DNA of 40,000 nt from an uncultured Acidobacteriota bacterium (GTDB lineage Bacteria > Acidobacteriota > Terriglobia > Acidiferrales > UBA7541): NCBI GenBank assembly GCA_963808465.1, contig CAWEFX010000005.1, positions 110,921 through 150,920 of the forward strand. Reading direction: 5' to 3'. Each line of letters starts with the position of its first letter. The first letter of the stretch is position 1. The notes beneath the pieces were generated by a model. That model ran no database searches. It was not told the origin of the DNA and saw only the letters and a program-made list of their open reading frames with translations. Position numbers and translations under genes: made by a program. Shown here one piece after another: positions 1-7,485 of the stretch.

Positions 1-454
1 AACTCATGGTTCAGGCGAGGCTTTCGCGGATCTACTCGATGAATTCAAAAAGGCTTTGATTGATGAGGATGTTGCGGAAGACGTCTTGCTCTACGTCTCG
101 GTTGGGTCAAGCAGCGTTTGGATGAATTGATCGAAAGACAAAAGGCTGCAGTTATTAGTGTTGACGATTTCCGGCGGGGGTTTGATACATCCAAGTAGCG
201 TGCCAGAACTGGAGAAATCTCTGAAGGAACTCTGGAGCAACTTACGGGAACAATTAGAAATCGAGGCCGAACCGAATCTCATCAAGAGAGGCAAGCTTCT
301 CGCGCTCCGTTGTCTGCGGGAACGAAGACGAATCGAGGGACTTGAGGTGCCTGACGATTTTATCCCTGGATGTTTCCACATATTGGCCGACGTTCCAGAA
401 ATCGGATGGCACCCGCAATATGAAAAACTTCTCTCAAACGGAACAGCGCGATGA
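1..454 (+). pseudogene. 3' part of the ABC-3C effector-component gene (5' end outside the window), apparently frame-disrupted
   Basis: Protein-like reading jumps between frames. Frame 2 (2-127) reads ...EAFADLLDEFKKALIDEDVAEDVLLYVS and hits TGA at 128-130. Frame 1 (about 97-195) reads LGWVKQRLDELIERQKAAVISVDDFRRGFDTSK and ends at TAG 196-198. Frame 2 (about 190-454) reads SSVPELEKSLKELW...GCFHILADVPEIGWHPQYEKLL. The second junction sits at a G5 run (176-180). The stop overlaps the next gene's ATG (ATGA at 451-454), the usual ABC-3C gene order. Calling it the effector component is inferred from position only. Confidence 0.4.
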
Positions 455-945
455 GTGTCCTCGACGAAGAAATCAAACTTGTTCAGAATCCAGCCTATGG
501 GGCTCTCATTCTTGCTGGTTTCGTGCAGGGATACACGGAGGGCCATCCAGAGAGCGATGGCGCTCCAATGGAGTATCTGTTTGTGGCCCTTCCGATTTTG
601 CTCCACAAAGACACTCTCGACGTAATCGAGAGCACTCGATTAGGACTGCGAAAATTTGCGGAAAAGTTCATCTCCGGAGAGCAAGGTCGGACCGACCTCC
701 TTCTTTCAATTAACAAAAGATCGATTGATCTACGGCCACTCACTCTCGAATCAATTGAAATGATGCTTCTATCCGGTCTCGGGCACCTAAATCCAGAGAC
801 GGCAAAGTTTAGACCCCTGAAGATAATTGGTCTTGATGAACACCGTGGCTTGCCTAGGTCGGTTGAGCTTGCGCGTAGGCTTGGCGCTTGGTTTAGCGAG
901 TTGAGCTTCTTTGAGATTGGAAACATTTTGAAGGTCGCCTTCTGA
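451..945 (+). CDS. ABC-3C (ABC three-component system) middle component
   Basis: 164-aa helical protein (NPAYGALILAGFVQGY...LFVALPILLHKDTLDVIESTRLGLRKFAEKF). I recognise this as the family annotated three-component ABC system middle component. It is translationally coupled on both sides (ATGA at 451-454, TGATG at 943-947) and lies directly upstream of the DUF3732 ATPase. Confidence 0.7.
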   Translation: MSVLDEEIKLVQNPAYGALILAGFVQGYTEGHPESDGAPMEYLFVALPILLHKDTLDVIESTRLGLRKFAEKFISGEQGRTDLLLSINKRSIDLRPLTLESIEMMLLSGLGHLNPETAKFRPLKIIGLDEHRGLPRSVELARRLGAWFSELSFFEIGNILKVAF

Positions 946-2921
946 TGTATTTTCAGATAAAGGAAGTAATTCTCTGGCCTCGTAATCGCGCGAAGGAATT
1001 TAGACGCGTCAAGTTTGAAGCGGGAACGGTAAATGTCATAACTGGCGCTTCTCAAACAGGCAAATCGGCCATGGTGCCGATTATTGATTACTGCCTAGGG
1101 TCGGGCCGTTGCGCGATCCCTGTAAACACGATCCGAGATGCGACCGAATGGTTTGGAATACTCTTAACCACAAACAGAGGGGACGTTCTATTGGCGCGTC
1201 GAGAGCCCGGCGAGTTTATTGCCAGCGGCGACATGTGCATAATCGAGCTGCCCAAGGAGATCCCGGCAACCGCTCCTGACAAAAACACAACGCGCGACTT
1301 TGTGAAAACTTATTTGAATGAATTAACTGGTCTGACATCGCTAGATTTTGACCCGAATGCTGCTGGTACCTTCAGAGCACGCCCAAGCTTCCGTGATTTA
1401 GCGGCTTTCAATTTTCAGCCACAAAATGTCATCGCAAACCCAGATGTTTTGTTCTTCAAGGCGGATACCGTTGAACATCGAGAAAAGTTGCGGACCATTT
1501 TCCCTTACGTCTTGGGAGTTGTAACTGCTGACATTTTGGCAAAACGCTACCGACTTGAGGAACTGAGGCGTGAGGAAAAAAGACTATCGAGAGAAATTGA
1601 AACACTCAAACAAGCGTCCGACAGATGGCTTGCCGAACTACATATCAACTTGTCGAAAGCACGGGAGCTGGGACTGATTCCAAAAGACACGCCCGCAAAT
1701 GTTAGCCAGCAGGAAGGAATCGGTCTACTACGACAAGTCGTGACAAGACCATATGAACGCCCAAGGGTCACTGCTCAGACCATAGACACGGTGCTTACTG
1801 AACTAAATGATCTCAAGGGGGAAGAGGCGTCACTTTCGCTAGATCTTTCTGGGCTTCGACAGCGCTGGCTAGAAATGTCCCGTCTACGAAAGGCTGCTTT
1901 TGAATATCAGCAAGCGCTGATGACTGAGGAAGAGCGTCTCTCGATATCCACTTGGTTACTTGAACAGCGCGGGCAGGACGAGAGCAAATGCCCGATTTGT
2001 GGTAACTCAATGGATAGAACTCGCAGCCATCTCGAACATCTCGTTGCGTCACTGGAACAGGTAGAGGGAACCCGAACAAGTTTCCGCACCCTGCCGGAGA
2101 CTTTCGACAGAGAATACGTTCGGGTGCAAAGTGAAATCTCACAGAAAGCCTTACGACTGTCAAATGTTCAATTACGAATTGCGTCGCTTCAGGAGCTATC
2201 CGACGCTGAGAGAGAACGCAGGTATATGGAGATCGGTGTTTCAAGGTTCGCTGGCAAACTTGAGGCGGATCTCGCGTTGTACGATCGATTTAATTCAGAT
2301 AATGATCTCCTCAAGCGTCGGGAGGCCGTTGCCGCAGAAATTGCTCAGCCTTTGAAAGAAGTAGATGAACACTCGTTACGTCAGCGAGAAAAACGTGCGC
2401 TCGATAGGGTGACGCTTGTGATGAGCGCGCTTTTAAATAACCTAGATGTTGAGAATCCAAAAGACCCAGTTTCACTATCAGTTTCAGAGCTAACCCTAAA
2501 AATCAAGCGGCGCGAACGTGAAGATTTTCTTTGGGAAGTAGGAAGCGGGTCGAACTGGCTGGGGTATCATCTCGCCCTCTCAATCGCTCTTCAACAGTAC
2601 TTCCTTGAAATTACTGGTTCTCCGGTTCCGTCTTTCCTAGTTCTGGATCAACCTAGCCAAGTCTATTTTCCGAAAAAGCTCGCGGCTATCCCAGGCGACC
2701 AAGACCTGGATCCAAAGCTCGCTGATGATGATGCCCTCCGCGTGCGGCATATTTTCCAGTTGTTAGCACGAGTGGCTCAGGATGCCAAATCAAGACTACA
2801 GATTATCGTTTTGGATCACGCGGGGGACACGGTATGGGGCGACATTGAGGGTGTTCACTTGGTTGAAGAGTGGCGCGAGGGCAAGAAACTCGTGCCTATG
2901 GAGTGGATCTCTCCAACATAA
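945..2921 (+). CDS. DUF3732-type ABC/SMC-like ATPase of an ABC-3C system
   Basis: The N-terminus MYFQIKEVILWPRN...VNVITGASQTGKSAMVPIIDYCLGS carries Walker A (GASQTGKS) and is typical of DUF3732. A long charged, coiled-coil-like middle contains CPICG. The C-terminal part has Walker B / D-loop-like FLVLDQPSQVYFP and IIVLDHAGD. Confidence 0.85.
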   Translation: MYFQIKEVILWPRNRAKEFRRVKFEAGTVNVITGASQTGKSAMVPIIDYCLGSGRCAIPVNTIRDATEWFGILLTTNRGDVLLARREPGEFIASGDMCIIELPKEIPATAPDKNTTRDFVKTYLNELTGLTSLDFDPNAAGTFRARPSFRDLAAFNFQPQNVIANPDVLFFKADTVEHREKLRTIFPYVLGVVTADILAKRYRLEELRREEKRLSREIETLKQASDRWLAELHINLSKARELGLIPKDTPANVSQQEGIGLLRQVVTRPYERPRVTAQTIDTVLTELNDLKGEEASLSLDLSGLRQRWLEMSRLRKAAFEYQQALMTEEERLSISTWLLEQRGQDESKCPICGNSMDRTRSHLEHLVASLEQVEGTRTSFRTLPETFDREYVRVQSEISQKALRLSNVQLRIASLQELSDAERERRYMEIGVSRFAGKLEADLALYDRFNSDNDLLKRREAVAAEIAQPLKEVDEHSLRQREKRALDRVTLVMSALLNNLDVENPKDPVSLSVSELTLKIKRREREDFLWEVGSGSNWLGYHLALSIALQQYFLEITGSPVPSFLVLDQPSQVYFPKKLAAIPGDQDLDPKLADDDALRVRHIFQLLARVAQDAKSRLQIIVLDHAGDTVWGDIEGVHLVEEWREGKKLVPMEWISPT

Positions 2922-2994
2922 GCTGATCACTTTAGCTTGCTTGTGCACCTCCACTTCAGATCCGCTCGTGCCTGTGCCGTAATCCGTACCGAGG

Positions 2995-4728
2995 TTAGGG
3001 AACAACTGACGCCTTGTGCTTGTTGATAGCAGCGCTTAGGTTCGTAAGGAGCGGACGAAAATCAGTGAAGTCAATCGTATCCGCCTTCGGTCGGACGACC
3101 TTGTGCGCAAAGACCTTCTTACTGTAGTGCTTGTCCTTATCGAAGCCAACGCTGGTGTTAAGAGTCTTGCCATCAATAACTGTCGCCTTGATTGAAGCGT
3201 CGAAGAAGTCCTCGATCTTAGACGAAGTCGCAGGACCTATAAGTGGTGTCGGCACGGCATACAGGTTCTTGATGATATGAACAAACGGCTCGGATCCGGT
3301 GGGCATTACCTTCGTCGCCTCCTTTATCGCGTTCCAGACGTCCTTTGCACCGCTGTCGTTGTCATACAACAGTACGACCGGCTCTGTTAGCCCAGGGCCG
3401 GTGAAGTGTTTGGTCTCCTTCCTGTACGCGCCGATGAACTTTGCCAGCACGCTGCTGCCGCCGTCCTTAAGACCGAGAAGTCGCGCTGTACTTGTGCGGG
3501 GATACTTGTAGAGCCTGATCTTTAGCCGAATCTTTCCGTCAGGCATCACGTCCGCCAGAGTAGGGAACCCCGCCACGAGGCTTCGGATCGCATGCGTGAG
3601 ATAGACGTTATCGGTCTCTCCCTCGCAAATGACCACGGGAGCCTGAGCCGCGTAGAACGTGCTGTAGATTAAGAACTCTCGGTAAACCTTTTCGCTCGAT
3701 GACATCTCGTTGGACAGGGCATCCGACGTCTGAGTCTTGTTGTAGACCTCTATGCTGTCGATAAATCCCAGCATGCCGTGAAGCTCATTCGATGTGCCCG
3801 GCCGCTTCTCCAAGACAGCGTGTCCATCCTTTTGTGTCACACCAAGGATCTGGAATGTTCCGGTTTTAATAAGGCTGTGGACCATCGCCCGTACGTTGTG
3901 ACGGTACTCCCACCGAACATTAATCTTCTTGTTGACGACGAGGCCGGTTACGTTCTGCCGCGAGGCTCGGTACATCTGGTGTGTCTTCTTCGCGTTGATG
4001 CGAAAGCCGGTGCGCTCGATGACCTCCTGCAGTGCTTCACCGGGCACCCACAAATGGGAGGCAGGGCCCTCGGCACCTGACGGCAGGGCGATATCCGCTG
4101 GAAACTCTTTTTTGTTGGTCGAGAATGTAAGGTCATCCGCGTATCGGGAATATGTGCACCCGACCTTGGATGCCAGCTTCACCAGGCGCATGTCGAGCAA
4201 ATGAGCGACCAGATTGGATATGACTGGCGAGCAGGGGCTTCCTTGCGGCAGTGAGTGGTCGTGACAGGCGATCTGCGCAATCACCGTCGCGACGTCTTGA
4301 TGCAGCTGGAAGTCTTGGTTCTTGATCAGAAAACCGCGCACCCTACCGAAGTTGATTGACGGGAAGAAATCCTCCAGGTCCAGGTTGAAGACCCAGCGGC
4401 GGTGGCGGTGCTGTCGCGCATTTGTAATGATCGACCGCCTGCGCTTGAATCCGTGCGCCGCCCGGTCCTTGCGCTGCTTGGCTTTGTTTATTTCGTCGAC
4501 GCAGTCCTGCATGAGGTCGGACAGCTTGTGCTGCAGAAGCTTCAACCCATCAACAGGTGCCTTGATCGTTCGTTGCCCTCCATTCCGTTTGGGAATCTGG
4601 AAGGTCTTGTATTTCATCGCGTCTGGCTGTCGGTATGAGAGGTAAGAGACAGCTTTCGGCTTGAAATCCAGCAGCTTTGCCACGTCGCTGAGCGATGTCG
4701 CTGCCTTCAGAGTGGTAAGTCTGGACAT
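2995..4728 (-). CDS. Retron-type reverse transcriptase fused to a C-terminal TOPRIM domain (type I-C / Ec67-like architecture)
   Basis: RT motifs: QIPKRNGGQRTIKAP, FNLDLEDFFPSI, LPQGSPCSP, and the catalytic YSRYADDLTFS. Retron-specific signatures: NAxxH (ITNARQH) and VTG (RQNVTGLVVN). The C-terminal 200 aa or so has the TOPRIM Glu (VVICEGETDNVYL) and DxD (VLLYDNDSGAKD). At 577 aa it is similar in size to the Ec67 RT as I recall it. Confidence 0.85.
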   Translation of the reverse strand: MSRLTTLKAATSLSDVAKLLDFKPKAVSYLSYRQPDAMKYKTFQIPKRNGGQRTIKAPVDGLKLLQHKLSDLMQDCVDEINKAKQRKDRAAHGFKRRRSIITNARQHRHRRWVFNLDLEDFFPSINFGRVRGFLIKNQDFQLHQDVATVIAQIACHDHSLPQGSPCSPVISNLVAHLLDMRLVKLASKVGCTYSRYADDLTFSTNKKEFPADIALPSGAEGPASHLWVPGEALQEVIERTGFRINAKKTHQMYRASRQNVTGLVVNKKINVRWEYRHNVRAMVHSLIKTGTFQILGVTQKDGHAVLEKRPGTSNELHGMLGFIDSIEVYNKTQTSDALSNEMSSSEKVYREFLIYSTFYAAQAPVVICEGETDNVYLTHAIRSLVAGFPTLADVMPDGKIRLKIRLYKYPRTSTARLLGLKDGGSSVLAKFIGAYRKETKHFTGPGLTEPVVLLYDNDSGAKDVWNAIKEATKVMPTGSEPFVHIIKNLYAVPTPLIGPATSSKIEDFFDASIKATVIDGKTLNTSVGFDKDKHYSKKVFAHKVVRPKADTIDFTDFRPLLTNLSAAINKHKASVVP

Positions 4729-4746
4729 ACTTCACGAAATAAAGAG

Positions 4747-4879
4747 GGACTCACCGGCACTCCTTGGCGATAGACAATACACGATAGGCACATGGAGAGC
4801 CGCACACATAGCCAATGCATACTCCCTCACATTTGTTTCAAATGCCACGAAACATGGCACAAAATCTGCCGGCGAGTCC
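4747..4879 (-). ncRNA. Candidate retron msr/msd ncRNA (boundaries tentative)
   Basis: On the minus strand, GGACTCGCCGGCA (4879-4867) can pair with TGCCGGTGAGTCC (4759-4747). That is 13 bp including one G-U, an a2/a1-like long-range stem. A G follows the 5' arm directly (complement of 4866), where a branching G would be expected. An internal hairpin GTGCCA-TGTTTCG-TGGCAT is present. The 3' arm ends 18 nt before the RT ATG. No convincing long msd stem-loop was found. Confidence 0.35.
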
Positions 4880-4885
4880 GGGCGA

Positions 4886-4894
4886 ATTCTAACA
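4886..4894 (-). promoter_or_regulatory. Extended -10-like promoter element TGTTAGAAT upstream of the candidate retron ncRNA
   Basis: The minus strand reads TGTTAGAAT (TGn + TAGAAT). Its 3' end is 6 nt from the first base of the candidate a2 arm (4879). The -35 is weak (CAGACC). Confidence 0.3.
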
Positions 4895-5145
4895 TAGTGC
4901 TCGACTCGGTCTGGCAGGTCCCGTTAGGCCCGAATGAGTAAGCGGCGCAGCCCGTGAGATGTCTGGGCTCCTTGGATAGAAGCACACTGTTTTTTATCTC
5001 CTCTGGCGTAGAACGTTGAGGGCGTGTATATAGCTACATGATAATAATGTGCTTGTAATAATCTGGCAGCCCGTCTGAGGCGGATGTAAAACTAGGCCGA
5101 TTTTTACTGTCTAACAGTTGGGCTGTGCGCTCGACCGAGGTTTAC

Positions 5146-6471
5146 ATGCACTTACCGATTAATCCTAAATTCTTGATCTTGTTAGTCGCCGCCGCGATCT
5201 GTTCCATTGTTCTGGGTTGCGGTAGTTCGTCTTCTGGGCCCAACTCTGAAGCCGTTGATAATGTCCATAGATCCTTGGACCGAGCCGGGTACGAGGATGT
5301 CGTGGTGCGGCCTACCCACGGAGTTCTGGTGTTGGACGGAACGGTAGCCAGTGAAGGAGACAAAGCTCACGTACAATTCTTAGCCAAAGAAAATGCTGGA
5401 CCATTTGTTGTGTCGAATTATGTCAGTGTTCACTCTCCGGCGGATACGATACAAGCAAAAGTGGTCACTCAAGTTGAGGAAGAGAATTCTAACTATAGCG
5501 TCGTACGCATATTTTATGCGACTGACCGAAAGCTCTCCGGTTTTCAGCCACCTATAGCAAACTACACTGGGGATCGATCCGACGACGATGCTCTCTCTTT
5601 TGGAACCCTTGACGTCAGCATCCCGCAAAACCACCACGTAGGTGAATTAGAGAGACCTTCTATTCTGCGATTTGAGGTACGCGAAGACCCAGAAAAGCAT
5701 GTGGTAGTCCTGAAAGTCGCACTCAAATCGGAGGCTCAGTTTTACAGCGAAGTGTCCTCTAGAGTAGGTTCTTCAGCTGGTAAAGAAGCATTCGTGTTCA
5801 TTCATGGATACGATGTTAGCTTTCTTGACGCCGCTAGAAGAACGGCACAAATCGCATACGATCTGGGCTTTGATGGAGCTCCGATCTTATATAGTTGGCC
5901 GTCAAAAGGCGAGATCCTATCGTATCCGGCTGACGAAGCCACTATCGAATGGACCGCGCCCCATTTGAAGCAGTTTCTTGAGAAGCTTGCGCTTAAGTCG
6001 CACGCGACTACGATCAATCTGATCGCGCACAGTATGGGAAACCGCGCCTTAACCAATGCGTTAAATTCCATTGCCACAGAACATTCAGGTACGCCAATGT
6101 TCAACGAAGTTTTAATGGCCGCACCCGATATCGATGTGGGCGTTTTCAAGCAATTGGCAGCGATATTCCCAAAGCCCGCGACTCACGTAACTCTTTATAG
6201 TTCGTCCAAAGATGAAGCATTGATTGCGTCCAAAAAATATCACCAGTATCGTCGCGCCGGGGACTCAAGCCCCGTAGTAATTCTCCCGGGGATCGACACC
6301 ATCGACGCAACTGCGGTTGATACTGGCTTTGGCCATTCGTATTACGCTGACAATCGGGCTATCCTTGCTGATATCCATACACTTCTTAGAAGCTACGATC
6401 CTCCGAGCAAACGGTTTGGAATGCGGCCAAACAAACCTCAAAATCCTACGTACTGGATATTTAATCCCTAA
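5146..6471 (+). CDS. Lipoprotein with a BON-like domain and a DUF900-type alpha/beta hydrolase domain
   Basis: Signal peptide with lipobox (LILLVAAAICSIVLGC-GSSSS). BON-like segment (VHRSLDRAGYEDVVVRPTHGVLVLDGTVASEGDK). DUF900-like core FVFIHGYDVSFLDAARRTAQIAYDL...PILYSWPS...INLIAHSMGNRAL (nucleophile elbow HSMGN). The ATG at 5146 is preferred over the GTG at 5125 used in the ORF track. Confidence 0.7.
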   Translation: MHLPINPKFLILLVAAAICSIVLGCGSSSSGPNSEAVDNVHRSLDRAGYEDVVVRPTHGVLVLDGTVASEGDKAHVQFLAKENAGPFVVSNYVSVHSPADTIQAKVVTQVEEENSNYSVVRIFYATDRKLSGFQPPIANYTGDRSDDDALSFGTLDVSIPQNHHVGELERPSILRFEVREDPEKHVVVLKVALKSEAQFYSEVSSRVGSSAGKEAFVFIHGYDVSFLDAARRTAQIAYDLGFDGAPILYSWPSKGEILSYPADEATIEWTAPHLKQFLEKLALKSHATTINLIAHSMGNRALTNALNSIATEHSGTPMFNEVLMAAPDIDVGVFKQLAAIFPKPATHVTLYSSSKDEALIASKKYHQYRRAGDSSPVVILPGIDTIDATAVDTGFGHSYYADNRAILADIHTLLRSYDPPSKRFGMRPNKPQNPTYWIFNP

Positions 6472-6523
6472 AAAAGCAATGTGAGTTTTTCGCTACTCAC
6501 ACAAGCGGACAGAATGCGCAGAG

Positions 6524-6558
6524 GGGGTGCAACTTTGAGGGGCTCTATCTCCTATCCC
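6524..6558. repeat. Solo remnant of a casposon TIR end, just outside the left target-site duplication
   Basis: GGGGTGCAACTTTGAGGGGCTCTATCTCCTATCCC resembles the right TIR terminus GGGGGGCACTTTCGGATGCCCCTATCTCCTATCCCC (21677-21712). Its last 16 nt (6543-6558) are the exact reverse complement of left TIR positions 6573-6588. Confidence 0.5.
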
Positions 6559-6572
6559 GCGGCTGCCTTGAC
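6559..6572. repeat. Target-site duplication, left copy (GCGGCTGCCTTGAC)
   Basis: The identical 14-mer occurs at 21713-21726 in direct orientation. Each copy abuts the outer end of a TIR. A 15-bp length cannot be excluded because the preceding base is C at both sites. Confidence 0.75.
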
Positions 6573-6655
6573 GGGATAGGAGATAGAGGCGTCCGAAAGT
6601 GCCCCCCCCTCCCTCGGGGGCACCAGGGAAGGGGCCAGGGGCGACGGGCGCGCGC
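6573..6655. repeat. Casposon left terminal inverted repeat
   Basis: GGGATAGGAGATAGAGGCGTCCGAAAGTGCCCCCCCC... matches the reverse complement of 21631-21712 (GGGGATAGGAGATAGGGGCATCCGAAAGTGCCCCCCC...). The outer ~37 bp differ by 2 substitutions and a 1-nt tip indel. The inner ~45 bp are GC-rich with weaker similarity. Confidence 0.75.
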
Positions 6656-6693
6656 GAGCGCCACGGTGCGCGGGAAAGCGCGTGGGCCAACTT

Positions 6694-6713
6694 CCGAGAA
6701 CACCGTTTCTCGG
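6694..6713. repeat. Short hairpin repeat CCGAGAA-N6-TTCTCGG (copy 1)
   Basis: CCGAGAACACCGTTTCTCGG, a 7-bp perfect stem with a 6-nt loop. Related copies are at 7239-7259, 7783-7803 and 8589-8608. Confidence 0.6.
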
Positions 6714-6729
6714 GCACTGGGCGACTTCA

Positions 6730-7206
6730 ATGACCACGCCGTCTTCAACGGACTCGTGGCAGAATGGTCCGGCGATGAATATTGTTGATTCATTGAATCC
6801 GTTTGCGCGGCGCGTCTGGAGTGCTCTTTCCGCCGAATATCCCCACTGGACTGGCTACCTCGGCCTCTGCGGTGAAGACGACCTCGAAGTAGCAGTTCCA
6901 GCACCACCTGGGTCGAACGCAGGACATCTCGTGATCTTCACATCAGACGGCAAGGATTTGTGGATTCGGTTCAGTCCGCCGCGCATGTGCTATGCCGTTG
7001 ACGATGAGACAGAGATGCTGGAGATCATTCGTCAACTTCAGGACGACTCGGCTTTATTTGTTGTCACCATGCAGGGTGATGAATGGGTGGGGACAACGCT
7101 AATTAGGCCGGGGGACCTGCCTGAAGTTGAGTCGAATCAGATAGTGCATGTTGTCTCATGGTCTGGAAAACACGACCGCACCCTAATTACGAAAGCACCC
7201 GCCTAA
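6730..7206 (+). CDS. Hypothetical protein
   Basis: Long ORF with coding-like composition and no recognisable motifs. The start is uncertain: 6730 or 6775 ATG. The ORF-track start at 6682 overlaps hairpin repeat copy 1. Confidence 0.5.
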   Translation: MTTPSSTDSWQNGPAMNIVDSLNPFARRVWSALSAEYPHWTGYLGLCGEDDLEVAVPAPPGSNAGHLVIFTSDGKDLWIRFSPPRMCYAVDDETEMLEIIRQLQDDSALFVVTMQGDEWVGTTLIRPGDLPEVESNQIVHVVSWSGKHDRTLITKAPA

Positions 7207-7259
7207 GTCCCGAGAAGTTTGAGACCGATTCCCACTTACCGAGAACACCGTTTATCAGG
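7204..7259. repeat. Composite intergenic repeat: TAAGTCCCGAGAAGTT box plus a degenerate CCGAGAA hairpin (copy 2)
   Basis: TAAGTCCCGAGAAGTT (7204-7219) is identical to 8583-8598. CCGAGAACACCGTTTATCAGG (7239-7259) closely matches 7783-7803. Confidence 0.6.
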
Positions 7260-7280
7260 AGTTGGTCGCCTGATCCTCGT

Positions 7281-7469
7281 TCATAACCGCTTTTCGACCC
7301 ATAGCAACTGACCGGGAACTTCCAGCGTCCAGTTGTGGCCGCACGATGGACACAAGATTGTCTCAGTAGATATAGACAGGGTAGCGCTTTTTCCCACTCG
7401 ACAACGTATTACGACAGGCTTGCTGCAACGATTGCAGTGCTCATCTCTCGTGAACATCTCGGTTAGCAT
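7281..7469 (-). CDS. Small zinc-ribbon protein (hypothetical)
   Basis: MLTEMFTRDEHCNRCSKP...ILCPSCGHNW has two CxxC pairs. The start at 7469 was chosen to avoid overlap with the upstream ORF and is uncertain. Confidence 0.45.
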   Translation of the reverse strand: MLTEMFTRDEHCNRCSKPVVIRCRVGKSATLSISTETILCPSCGHNWTLEVPGQLLWVEKRL

Positions 7470-7485
7470 GGATGAGCCGATGTAA

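Noticed and set aside
91-1055. Minus-strand ORFs 91-606 and 495-1055
   Set aside because: They are antisense to the translationally coupled ABC-3C genes and have no recognisable motifs.
2922-4728. Functional coupling of the retron RT-TOPRIM with the adjacent ABC ATPase (as in ATPase-containing type I retrons)
   Set aside because: The genes are convergent, not co-transcribed. The ATPase is clearly embedded in its own translationally coupled ABC-3C operon. Adjacency is better explained by defence-island clustering.
6493-6907. Minus-strand ORFs of 61-120 aa across the left TIR (and 21656-21918 plus-strand ORFs across the right TIR)
   Set aside because: They run through the GC-rich TIR and solo remnant, have Pro/Arg/Gly-rich translations, and the right-hand ones overlap the real rpmH in another frame.
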